Shown piece by piece: positions 52,027 through 64,000 of a stretch of DNA of 64,000 bases (position 1 is its first letter; each line of letters begins with the position of its first letter). The position numbers were made by a program, and so were the translations under genes. Under the pieces are notes generated by a model, which was not told the DNA's origin, made no database searches, and saw nothing but the letters and a program-made list of their open reading frames with translations. The stretch comes from Prorocentrum cordatum. Its lineage: Eukaryota. Location of the stretch: positions 248,001 through 312,000 of the forward strand of contig CAUYUJ010000148.1 in the NCBI GenBank assembly GCA_963575745.1, read 5' to 3'.

Positions 52027-52873
52027 AGACGAACGCTCATGTGATTGTCGACGTTCGATGTGCAGACGCGCAAGCCGCACCGAGCAGTGCGCCAGAGGTG
52101 ATACCACAAGGAACACCAAGCAAGGAACGAAAAGGCTTCGCTTGCCACGGCGATCCTGGGCAGCGAGCCGTCTCAGGAACCCAGGTCTAAGAAACAGCTT
52201 AAATACCGGAGGGAGCCCATGCTGAGCCCGGAGTGGTCCTCGTATGGTCCTCGTATTTTAGCGTCTTGACTTCTATGTTTAGGTCGGGCGTGTCCCCCTA
52301 CAGGAGGATTGTGGGCGAATTAAACAAAAAAAAAAAAACAACTTCAAAGCTCGCTGACGCTCGGGACGCTTCGGGCACCCCTGGAGCGGTGTGGCGAAGC
52401 GCGGCCGCCGTCCCGAGGATAGAAAGCCGACGGGACCCGACGGAACCGCCCGAAAACTTCGAACCTCGAGCCTCCCATGTCCTCAACCACTCCCGAAGAA
52501 CTCGAACCTCGAGCCTCCTCGGTCCTCCATGGTCGTGGCAGGTCGCTCGCGCCAAACTGCCCCACCCTGGGGCCGTCATCTGCCAGCTCGTCCTCGGCGC
52601 CGCCGCCCTGCGCTCGCACGGCAACCTGAGGGGCAGCGTGAGGGGGTGGCCAGCTCACGGGGGGGAGCATCGACCTGGAGTCGGCGATACGTCGCCGAGG
52701 GATTGGCGATAGGCCCCCTGACAGCGAGTCCGCACGTTCCCGGGCGGGGTGGGGCCATGAGGCCCCCTATGGGCGACCACTGGGCGATTCAGGGTCGATG
52801 CGTCCGCCCCCCGAGCCCATCCAACGAGGAATCTGGCGACCCCAACCCCGGACTCTGACGGGCTTTCGATGCG

Positions 52874-53066
52874 GGCAGTACTGATATCCATATCCAGACC
52901 GTCGTGGACTTTTTGGGAAGAGGTGCCGCCACGCCGAGGCGCACCGGATATGGATAAAATCAAGCCTCTTGGGGCCAGATTTTTATCCACATCCAGTGCG
53001 TAGAGGGTTTCTGGGGAAGAGAGCCCAAGAATCCAAGACGCACTGGATGTGGATATAACTATTGCC
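52874..53066. mobile_element. Foldback element built from four alternating TATCCAYATCCRG motifs
   Basis: Outer IR GGCAGTACTGATATCCATATCCAG / CTGGATGTGGATATAACTATTGCC. Inner perfect IR ATCCACATCCAGTGCGT / ACGCACTGGATGTGGAT. Confidence 0.55.
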
Positions 53067-54551
53067 CGCATTCGACTGGACCAATCATTTGGGGCCCAAC
53101 TCCGGGAAACACGAGGGGGTGGCGTCCATCCTCGATAGGGGCGCGTTCGAAGAGCTCCCAAGTGCTGTACCCCTCCTTCTCTGAGCAACTTGATTTATTT
53201 GCGAAGTCGAAGATTGGGAGCGAGATCTCGCCTGCGACTTCGGAGGCGTCCGAGGGTCTGAACTGGTTGGGGGGGCCCGGAAAATCGGACAGGAGGATAG
53301 CGAGGCCAAGTCTAATCAAAATCGGACCCCGGACCCCTCTTGGGGTGCATCTGGTGCAGCTTTCCACTCTAGACCCGTTTGTCTCAATCCCGGGGCTCGG
53401 AAAACGGCCCTCGGAGACAGAAAAGGAACGGAACGGAACGGAAGCCCGCACAAGGCTCCGCAAGGGAGCTGCCAGGAGGGCCGAGGCCCGCTCACACCTT
53501 GATGCAGTCATCCCTCGGGGAGAAAAGAGGACAAACGAACACTCGAACCCAGAGCCTCGAAACCGCCCGCCCCCTCCTGCTGGCCGGAGCCGGTGCTGGG
53601 CCACCTCGGAACCCCAAACTTGAGCAGGGACCGACCGTCCCGGCATTCTTAGAATTAGGCCTACCACGAAATGTTCTTGGAACTCAGTGATTTTCCAAGA
53701 ACACAAAGCAATGCTCTAAGAACATACACCCGATGCGTTCAAGCAAGAAAGTCCCAATCAGAAATGCTCTTCGAACATGTCGTGCAAACCACAAAGACTA
53801 TCAACACATGTTTCCATACCTAGGCTCTGCCTAGAAGGTTCTTACTCTGTTAGCTTAAAGGGGCCGGGCAGTGCACCCCGCCCAGGGCGGTTCCCCCGGT
53901 CCCCTGTGAGCCAAGCAAAAGCAACATCAAAGGTAAAAGCAAACGCGCGGTTCCCCCCGTTGCGCTCTCTGGGTGCCAAGCAAAAGCAAAAGCAAAGGCA
54001 ACAGTGAAGGCAAAAGCGAAGGCAAAGCAAACACATAGCATAGCAAAGCAAAGCAAAGCATAGCATAGCATAGCATAGCATAGCGCAGCATAGCATAGCG
54101 CAGCGTAGCATATCATAGCATAGCCTAGCCTAGCCTAGCCTAGCCCAGCCCAGCATTGCGCAGCATAGCATAGCATAGCATAGCATAGTTTAGCAGAACC
54201 GAGCATAGCATAGCATAGCGCAGCACAGCATCCACGAGTGCTGCTGCTGCTATACATATATATATATATATGTACTTATGTGTGTAGATGTAGCTGTAAG
54301 TGTAGATGTAGCTGTAGCTGTAGGTGTAGATGTAGATGTAGGTCTAGATGTAGATGTAGGCGTCGATGTAGACGTAGGTCTATATATATATATATATAGA
54401 TGTAAAGAACTCCCCAGTGCCCCGCCCTCATCTCCGTGCCTGCTTGCTTTTGCTGCTGTCTCGGCGACTTGCTGCCTGCTTCTGCTGCTGCTTCACTTGC
54501 AGCGTGGCGCCGGCGGTTCTGGCGCTACTACTACTACTACTACTACTACTA

Positions 54552-54915
54552 ACCTCAGGAAGGCATTAAGAAACCCCCCTGGGTTATTCTTAGCACCCGG
54601 TTTTCTCAATATTCCAGGCGGGCAGTTTTAGCCGAACGATACACTTAGCACCCGCCGCACACAGAAAACAAAATCCACCATCGGCGGCCGCCCCACTAAC
54701 GCCAAGAGAGGGCCCTGCTAAGCCCTGCTATGCCCTGCTAAGCCCTGCTTGGCCCTGCTAAACTGCTTGGCAGGAGCAAATCTGCGCTTGGCAGGCCTTA
54801 GCTAGGCCCCGAGTCCCCTCAGCCAGGTCTTCCGGTGCGGCCATAACGCTCCAGGGTGCGGGGGCGTTATAATCCACCGGAAAAGGGGGGGGGGTTCTTA
54901 ATGCCTTCCTGAGGT
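54552..54915. mobile_element. MITE with perfect 21-bp TIRs and TA target-site duplication
   Basis: TA-ACCTCAGGAAGGCATTAAGAA...TTCTTAATGCCTTCCTGAGGT-TA, embedded in a (TAC)n tract. Confidence 0.85.
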
Positions 54916-54946
54916 TACTACTACTACTACTACTACTACTACTACA

Positions 54947-55021
<75 letters not shown>

Positions 55022-55127
55022 ACTACTACTACTACTACGACTACGACTACGACTTACGACTACTACTACTACTACAACAACTACTACTACTTCGACTATA
55101 CGACTGCTACTACTACTACTACTACTG

Positions 55128-55164
<37 letters not shown>

Positions 55165-55189
55165 ATACTACTACTACTTACTACTACTA

Positions 55190-55221
<32 letters not shown>

Positions 55222-55301
55222 ACTATACTACTTACGACTACGACTACTACTACGACTACTATACTACGACTTACTACGATACTACTACTACTACTACTAC
55301 G

Positions 55302-55384
<83 letters not shown>

Positions 55385-55385
55385 G

Positions 55386-55460
<75 letters not shown>

Positions 55461-55559
55461 ACGACTACGACTACGACTACGCTACGACTCCTACTCCTAC
55501 TCCTACTCCTCCTCCTCCTCCTACTACTACTACTACTACTACTACTGCTACTGCTACTG

Positions 55560-55606
<47 letters not shown>

Positions 55607-55620
55607 GCTACTTCTACAAC
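54916..55620. repeat. (TAC)n/(TACGAC)n microsatellite
   Basis: Directly visible. Confidence 0.95.
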
Positions 55621-57129
55621 TACGACGATGAGGAGGAGGAGGAGGACGGCGTTTACCGCTCCTAGTAATGTTGATTTCCTAGAGGCTCCAACTCCTAGGT
55701 AGGGTCGCACTGGGATAATTTGGTGGGCCTATAGGCGACCCGGGACGCTTCGCCACTGCTTGACTGCTTGACAGACGCTCCCGGCAGCCGCACGCGCTCG
55801 CAGCCGCCCGGGCCCCTGCGGCCGAACGCCCGCGCCCGCGGCCCGAGACAGCAGCGCCCCGCCCGGCTTGCAGAGGCCGTGGCCCAGCGGGCCCGCCCGG
55901 GAGGGCCGCCACGAGGCAGAGGGGCCCCAGGGGAGCACGGGGTCCTCGGGTGGGCGACTCGGGGTGAACGGTTTCCCCTGGGGCCGTAGGCGACCCGAGG
56001 AGGGGAGGGCGAGGAGGGGGAGGAGGAGGAGGAGGAGGAGGAGGAGGAGGAGGAGGAGGAGGAGGAGGAGGAGGAGGAGGGGAAGGAGGAGGAGGAGGAG
56101 GAGGAGGAGGAGGAGGAGGAGGAGGAGGAGGAGGAGGGAGAAGGAGGAGGAGGAGGAGGAAGGAGGGGGAGGAGGAGAAGGAGGGAGGGAGAAGGAGGAG
56201 GAGGAGAAGGGGAGGAGGAGGGGGAGGAGGAAGGGAGGAGGAGGAGGAGGAGGAGGAGGAGGGGGAGGAGGGAGGACGAGGAGGAGGAGGAGGAGGAGGA
56301 GGAGGAGGAGGAGGAGGAGGAGAAGGAAAGAGGAGGGGGAGAAGGAGGAAGGAGGAGGAGAAGGAAAGAGGAGGAGGAGGAGGAGGAGGAGGAGGAGAAG
56401 GAGGAGGAGGAGGAGGAGGAGGAAGGGAGGAGGAGGAGGAGGAGGCGGAAGAAGAGGAGGAGGACGAGTTGGAGGAGGAGGAGGAGGAGGAAGAGGAGGT
56501 GGAGGAGGTGGAGGAGGAGGAGAATCGCAGTGCAATGCTGATGCCATTAAGGGTAGGCATAGCCCTGTGTGTCGGGTGGGGCGCTTGGGCTCACCCACCC
56601 TATCGAGGCGGTGTTGATGTCTCGTGCGCGACTGCCGCAGATCTTTAGCAGACGCCTCTGCCAGCTCAAACTGTAAGGCACATCCACCGACGGCCATTTC
56701 CCGGTGGCGACGGGGTCTCGCAGGAAACGTCCCCTCCTGATCCATCTCCTCCTACGCATCCTCACACGTGCTTGCTGCCGTGGCAGGGGTTGCTGAACCC
56801 TTGGTGGGTCGTGCCAGAGGGCACGAAGAGGGCCCCCACAGATCTCCAAGAGGGCCCCAAGAGGGCCCCAAGACGCCGCTGGGCGCCGGCCCACCACTAT
56901 GCAACGAGAGGCCGTTTATGTAACAAAATGCGCCCAGACCTGTCTTGGAAGGGGCCCGAAGCCCGACATAAAAAAACACGAGAGCGCCCCTTGGAGGCCA
57001 GAGGGCCCCAAACCGAATGTACTTGACATTCTTGTTGTGTTTGTCGTCGGGCCTCCGCGGGCGGCTCGGAGCGCTCTCAAGCCATGTTGGAAGCGCGCCT
57101 GGGCCCCGGGGCCGCGCCGGTGGCCGTCG

Positions 57130-58320
57130 GAGGGAGCGGCGGAATGAGGAGGGGGAGGAGCAAGGGGGATGAGGGGGACACGAAAGAGTGTGCAGGACTA
57201 CTGGCCTTGCCGCCGGGTGCGTCCTTGAGGCAACTGCCTCGCGACCGGGGCCAGCGCGCAGTATCTGAGGAGGCGCGTGACCTGGTCTTGCCGCCAGGAG
57301 TGGCGGAAGATGGAGGGGGAATGGGTGGAAAGGGCGGACGCGAAACAGTGTGCACGACTACTTTTGCCGTCGTGCGCGTCCTTGAAGCGACTGCCTCGCG
57401 ACTGGGGCGAACAGGACTGCTGGCCTTGCCGCAAGGGGTGGGTCCTCGACGCACATGCCTCGCGACTGGGGCAAGGCGCAGAATTCCAAAACGCACGCAA
57501 CCCGGCCTAGCCGCCAGGGGGCGGCGAAGCAGGGAGGGGGGGGAGGAGGGGGATGAAGAAATGCGCAGAAAATGTGCAGGACTACCCGCCTTGTTGCACG
57601 GTGCGCCTTTGAGCCAATTGCCTCGCGACCGGGGCCAGCGTGCAAGATCTGAGGAGGCACGAAGCCTGGTCTTGCCGCCAGGGGGCGGCGAAACGTGGAG
57701 GGGGAGGAGCGGGGGGTTGACAGGGGACACGTCAGAGCGCGCAGGACTGCCGGCGTTGCTGCCGGGTGCGCCCTTGAGGCAACTGCCTCGCGACAGGGGC
57801 CAACGCGCAAAATCCGAGGATGCGCGGAGCCCGGTCTTGCCGCCAAGAAGCGGCGGGAGACGCAACCCGGCCTTGCCGCCAGGGAGCGGCGGAATCAACC
57901 GGGGGGAGAGGGAAATGAAGCCATGCGCGAAAATGTGCAGGACTACATGTGGTTTTGCCGCCGGGTGCGTCCTTGAGGCAACTCGCGACGGGGGCATTCG
58001 CGCAGCATCTGAAGATGCACGACTCCCGGTCTTGCCGCCAGGGAGCAGCGGAATGTGGAGGGGGAGGAGGAGGGGGGATGATGGGGAACACTAAAGAGCG
58101 CGCGGGACTACCAGCCTTGCCGCTGGTTGCGCCCTTGAGGCAACTGCCTCGCGACGGGGGCCAGCGCGCACAAACTATCTGAGGAGGCACGTGACCTGGT
58201 CTTGCCGCCAGGGAGTGGTGGAAAATGGCAGGGGTAAGGGAGGGTGGGCGGAGACGAAGGAATATGCAAGACTAGCGGCCTTGCCGCCGGGTGCTTCCTT
58301 GAGGCGCCTGCCTCGCGACA
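57130..58320 (+). repeat. ~165-bp degenerate tandem repeat
   Basis: GGACTRC.GGCCTTGCCGCCGGGTGCG.CCTTGAGGCAACTGCCTCGCGAC and variants at about 57196, 57355, 57579, 57744, 57940, 58106 and 58269. Confidence 0.85.
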
Positions 58321-60439
58321 GTGGCGTGCGTCCGACCGCCGTTGAGACCGAGGTATCAGGAACCTCGTATGTCGGTGTCGCCCCAGCTGCCTAACCCCTG
58401 GAACGTTGGACACGTGCTCGTCGGGCGTGCGCCATGCGGCGCACGCACTTACCAGCGCCCCATGCGTCCTGACCAACATTCACCTGAGGGGCTGCGGCAG
58501 TCTTCGGCATGGGGAGAGGAAGAAGAAGAGGAGGAGGAGGAGGAGGAGGAAGAGGAGGAGGAAGAGAGAGGAGGAGGAGGAGGAAAGGTCGCCCAAACCC
58601 TTCGGAGAAACCCTCCAACTCGGGGGGTGACGAACAGGGTTGGTTAGCAAGAATGGCAGGGCAGAACACCAGCTCGCGCAGCTGGTTTTCTTGGTGCCTC
58701 CTGGCGCTGGGAGGCGCCCGTGCGTTGAGGAACGGGTCCGGCGGCGGGGCGGAAACCAGCTGCACGCAGCAGGTGTCAGAATCCCCCTTTCCCTGTCCTG
58801 TCCTCTCGTGCGGTCCGAACGACGGTCAGAGCCGCGGGACCGCTTCCCCGCGTCCAGACCGCGGTGTCGCGGCTATGAGCTTCAAAATTCGCAAAACGTG
58901 TTCGACGAATGCCAAGCCCGACCGCCGCTGCCCGTCGAGTTGCCCGCATCGTTGGTCGGCGAGGGTCGGGTTCGGAGTTCGCCGCTGGGTCCTGACCCAG
59001 CCCACGGCATGCTGAGGTCTTGGAAAACTCGGGACGGGAGGTTTGTGACAGCCTTCGCCCTCCAGGGCCTCTCGCCGAGCCTCGGGGCAATCATACGAAA
59101 AAGTGGCCCAGGATGGAGAACCAGCCCCGGGGAAGAGAGTCGGGACTTCCTGGAGGGCCGCATTGAAACAAAAACAAGACGTCGCCCGTCTGGGCTGCCC
59201 GCGGCCCTCCGCGGCCCTCGGGACCGTCATCATAGTCCCGGGGAAACGAGCTCCATGACCCAGATCTCCGACGTCGCGCCTCCAAGGGGTCTGGAGTTTT
59301 TCCCCTGGGTCGAGTTTTTCAGCCCGAATCGGTGTTCGACTGCCCCAGGAGGGGGTGAAGGCCCGCGGAGGCCGAACGCGACCAAAAGCCTTGCGTCGTG
59401 ACACTGAGATGCGACGCTGCGAACACATCGCAACATGGCCAGTCACCACGACCGGAGCCCTGTACCCCATCTTTCCGCGGCATCTTTCGAGCCAGAACGA
59501 CCTGTGATGCCCCACCGGGCCCCGAAACCTGGCGCAAACGCGCAGTGTGAAACACCTGCAACGCCCGGATCTGAGGGTTGCCCTGACCACCTCAGGTTGT
59601 CAGGCCATATACCTGTGGACACCTGAGGTTGCCCTAACCACCCGTGGCCACTCGACTCCCCAGCGGCCGCTCGGGAAGATCCGGGCACACCTGGCACGCT
59701 CTCGGCGAGGCGCAGCTGCTGCAAAGCAGCCCGAGGCTCGAACAGCACGCCGAGGCCCGACGAAAACGCCCCAACGCCTCGGAGGCGCCCGGACCCGCCT
59801 CCCCGGGGGCAGCTCTGCGTCGTGCCGAGATGCCAGCAGGGCAGCGAGGGCAGCGCCGGCGGCTGCCGAAGCGACGCCTGGCGCCCTGGGCAGGGCTCCG
59901 CTCGCCGCGCGGCCGTGCCTGGGCCTCCGCATGGCGCTCGGGGCTGCGGCTGCTATGGTGAGAGGCGGAGGCCGCAGAGCCCCTCGCGTCGTGAACACAA
60001 GCATGGCCAACCGTCCTGTTGTGTTCGAAGCCTTGTTTTCCTCCTCCTGCTCTGCCTCCTGCTCCTCCACCTGCTCCTCCTCGTGCTCCTCCTGCCCTGT
60101 CGGAATCGCAAGGGATTTTGGCAGTAGAGCGTAGAACGCCCGAGTAGGTGCTCTGACGTTACCCCCTTGATGTGGATGTCCTTGTCCTTGTCCTGCCCTT
60201 TCGGTAGCTCTCGCCTCCTTCGGGCTCATATGCTGGCCCAAGCCCAGTCGTTGGGGTCCCAGGTGCTTGAGGCTAGATCTCGGCGAGAGCAGGGGCCGTG
60301 GTGCCCGCTCTGTGGAATTCAAATACGCATGACCACCATGTGGCAGGGCTCCCGCCTCCTCCTACTCCTCAGCCTCCTCCTCAGCCTCCTCCTCCTCCTC
60401 CTCCTCCTGCTCCTCCTCCGCCTCCTCCTCCTCCTCCTC

Positions 60440-60607
60440 CTCCTCATCATCATCATCATCACCCTGATCCTAATCCTCTTCATCATCAGATTCATCATCA
60501 GCAACATCAGCATCATCATCATCATCATCAGCATCAGCAGCATCAGCATCAGCATCAGCACCAGCATCACCATAAACACCAGCACCAGCATCACCATCAC
60601 CATCACC

Positions 60608-60662
<55 letters not shown>

Positions 60663-61224
60663 GCATCATCATCATCATCATCAGCATCATCATTGCCACC
60701 ACCTCAACCACCATCATCAGCATCATCAGCGTCAGCATCATCATCAGCATCATCATCAGCATCATCAGCATCATCAGCATCATCATCAGCAGCAGCATCC
60801 TCATCCTCATCCTCCTCATCATCATCGTAAGAAAGATCAAGAGAAACACCACCAGAATCATCATTATCATCAACTTCACCATCATCAATATCATCAGCAG
60901 CAGCATAATCCTCATCATCCTCATCATCATCGTCATAATCATCATCAGCAGCAGCAGTATCAGCATCAGCATCAGCATTGTCAGAATCAGCATCGCCAGC
61001 ATCGTCATCTTCATCATCACCACCATCATCAACATCATCATCATCATCATCACCATCATCCTCGCCGTCATCGTCGTCATCATCATCAGCAGCATCATCA
61101 TTAACATCGTCATCATCAGCATCGACAACAACGCCATCATCATGACCAAGCACATAATCATCATCACCACTTCCACCACGATTATCAGCATAATCATCAT
61201 CAACAACGTCATCGTCATCGTCAT

Positions 61225-61294
<70 letters not shown>

Positions 61295-61600
61295 GACAAC
61301 CATCAACATCAGCGTCAGCGTCACCGTCATCACCATCATCACCATCGTCGCCGTCATCATCACCCTCACCATATACATGTCAATCATCATCATAATGCAT
61401 ACACATTTCGTATCTTCATCCACATCATCATCTACATCAAGAAATTATCATCAACAGCCTCAGCATCATCATTGTCATCATCATCGTCATTATTCTCAGT
61501 ATCATCATCACCAGCAGCAACATCAGCATCATCAACATGAGAAAGAACATGAACATGAGAACCAGCATCATCATCATCAGCATCACCATCTCTGCCATCA
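60440..61600. repeat. Degenerate (CAT)n/(CAG)n trinucleotide tract
   Basis: Directly visible; a similar (GAT)n tract lies at 48840-49260. Confidence 0.95.
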
Positions 61601-61614
61601 GTACCATCTCTGCC

Positions 61615-62400
61615 TCAGTGGCACAGTTCGCATGCGGTCCCGCCTGTCATTTCGGCACACTCCTCGCGCGTTTCGCGCCTCATAGGGAGCTCAACCCAAG
61701 GCCCCCATCATTTCGGCACACCCCTCTCGCGCTTCGCGCTTCATAAGGCGCTCCACCGAAGGCCCCCGTGGGAAGGCCCGCATGCCACCACCGCCGCCCG
61801 CCTCGGGCACACCCCTTACACGTTTCGTGGCCCCCAAAACAGCTTCACCGACTGCCCCGGCGGGAAGGCTTGCATGCAGCTGCCGCACCCATTTCGGCAC
61901 ACCCCTCAGACGGTCCGTGGCGCCATCAGGAGATCCACCGACGGCCCCAGTGAGAGAGTTCGCATGGAGCCACCGAATTCCCTGAAACGTGTCGTGGCCT
62001 CATTGGGAGCTCCTTCGAAGGATTCGCATGGCGCCACCGCGCCCATTTCGGCACACCCCTCGCACGCTTCGTGGCCCCAAGGGAGCTCCACTGAAGGCCC
62101 CAACGGGAGAGTTCGCATGGCACCACCGCACCCAATTCGGCACACCTCTCACACGTTTCGTGACCTCACAAGGATCCCCACCGATGGCTCCAGTGGCACG
62201 GTTCGCATGGCGCCACCGCTTCAAACGATTCGTGGCCCCACAGGGAGCCCCACCAGATGCCCCAGTGGCAGGGTTCGCGTGGCGCCACCGCACACACAAT
62301 TCGGCACACCCCTCATACACTTCGTGGCCCCAAATGGTGCTCCACCGAAGGCCCCAGTGGCAGGGTTCGCATGGAGCCACCGCACCAATTTCGGCACACC
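61615..62400 (+). repeat. ~90-bp minisatellite (same family as 1588-2130)
   Basis: ATTTCGGCACACCCCT...TTCGTGGCCCC...GTTCGCATG units. Confidence 0.85.
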
Positions 62401-63178
62401 ATCTATGCCTCGCGAGGCTCGCAACTTCACACGGCTGGATCCTCAGATCATTGACGGTGTACGGCTTTTGAGGGCCCTCGTCATGCGACCAGGATGAAAA
62501 ACTGGTCCCGCGGAAGGGGTCCGGTCCAGACTTCTGGGGTCCACGTCATGGAAAGATCGCGACGTTGGGGGTCTGGGGCAGGATGAGGGCAAATTCGGAT
62601 TAAGATTCGTAGTTAATCTCCGCGAGAACTGGCGGATGTGAAGGATGTGTCGGGCGCCGCGGAACATGATTCGTTCTCATCCTAGGCCAGCTTGACATGA
62701 GGCAACTTTCAGCCCGAATAAGCCCAGGGCTAAGCCAGATCGAGCGAAATTCAACGCATTAGGACGGTTTTCAACCACGCCTATGCCAGCGGCGATGCTG
62801 CAGTCAACCTCTCACGAGTTGCACGAGAGCGGCGGGGTTTGAGCCACTGCTCGCCTGCACCCGCGCAACATTAGGTGACGGGCCCAGCCACACAGAGTCC
62901 GAGCAGGTCCCTGACAACAACGCAAGGTGCATTCCTTTGGCGGCACGCACAGGGGGCAACAGAGGCGGGCAGGCAGCTCAGGGGCCTTCTTAGAGGCCAC
63001 CCTGGCTTCCAACACGACCAGCGTGCTGCCAGCAGGGCGGGCGGGGCCCTCCTGGCCACGGCGAGCCTCGGCCGCGACTCTCCCCCTGCCTGTATCCAGG
63101 GGGCGGCCCGAGAGCCAGAGGTCTGGAGACCGACGAGGTCCTCAGTTCAGAGGCACGACTTTGGTGGTCTCCAAACCA

Positions 63179-63350
63179 GGTGGTGAGACACCCGGTGGTG
63201 ACCCCGATTCCCCAAAAGAATAATTCTGGGTCACCACCGGGTTTGGGGACACGCGGTCGCCACGAGGCTTCGCGTTTCCTGGGCCAGCCAGCGCTCGAAA
63301 ACCATTACCCAAATCGCCCAAAACTCACCACCGGGTGTTCTCACCACCAC
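63179..63350. mobile_element. Short foldback/MITE-like element
   Basis: GGTGGTGAGACACCCGGTGGTGA is inverted as TCACCACCGGGTGTTCTCACCACC, with an internal GGGTCACCACCGGGT copy. Confidence 0.6.
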
Positions 63351-64000
63351 GTTTGGGGACTACCAACGACTGCAAGGCGCCTTGGAGGCTACCGGTCCTC
63401 GCCCGGAGGGGTTCTGCCCTCTGAGGTAGGGCCCCCGCCTTCTTGGAATGATGTGCCCATGTTGCCCACCACCACTACCATAGGTGGGAGAGGGAGGAGG
63501 AGGAGGAGGAGGAGGAGGAGGAGGAGGAGGAGGAGGAGGAGGAGGACCTCCTCATCCTGCCTTCTCCCCCGTCCTGCATATGGTGGTGGTGGTGGAAGAT
63601 TTGCCCATCATGGAAGGCCGCCCCTCGCGCCACCCCCCAAAGCGCGCGGCCGACCCTGCCTGCCGAGCGGGTACCCCGGATCGGTCACGGAGGCCCGATC
63701 GGTGCACGCCGTCGGCGAGCGCACACGGCGGCTGCCTGTGCGAGGATCTGACGCCTGGCTCGTGGCGTTTGCAGCACAGGATGAAGCTCGTGATGCGCAG
63801 AGGAAAGGAAAAGCCGAACGCTCCTCCACCTCCTCCTCCACCCGCGAGGATGGGGGGGGCGGAGGGGTGCAGAGGGGGAAGGAAACAGGGGGAAGGGAGG
63901 AGGAATGAGGATGAGGGGGGAGGATGGGAACGGGTGCATGATGGGCCTCCCTCTGCCTGCATCAGAACTACCTCCCACCCACCCACCCCCGGCTCCTCCC

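Noticed and set aside
59570..59642. ACCTCAGG...CCTGAGGT mini-hairpin resembling the ends of the TA-MITE
   Set aside because: Only 8 bp shared and no TA duplication.

Overview
GC-rich, repeat-saturated eukaryotic genomic DNA with no intact protein-coding gene that I can support. A tandem dinoflagellate spliced-leader signature (near-complete DinoSL plus a perfect 15-nt relic, minus strand, 36766-36802) indicates a dinoflagellate host. The recognisable coding remnants are all degraded: (1) an intronless, SL-capped S53 (sedolisin/TPP1-like) peptidase retrocopy (about 33065-36678, minus) split by an RTE-like LINE reverse transcriptase fragment; (2) a chimeric minus-strand frame carrying an actin fragment, a ubiquitin-like domain ending LRGG, an acidic linker, two Trp-rich helical blocks and a frameshifted RING-H2-like finger (about 9950-13330); (3) the C-terminal part of a Pif1-like helicase with a candidate GC-AG intron (about 27900-28583); (4) an RNase H plus Cys/His-tail non-LTR retroelement remnant (about 29400-30770) and a related Cys-motif fragment (about 26950-27165). 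The rest is a mosaic of MITE-like inverted-repeat elements, a Helentron-like non-autonomous family with conserved ends and variable internal satellites, head-to-tail CCAAG-rich units with junction hairpins, 42/90/165-bp minisatellites and long microsatellites. Most ORFs in the supplied track are artefacts of GC-rich repeats. All family calls come from motif recognition by eye, not database searches.
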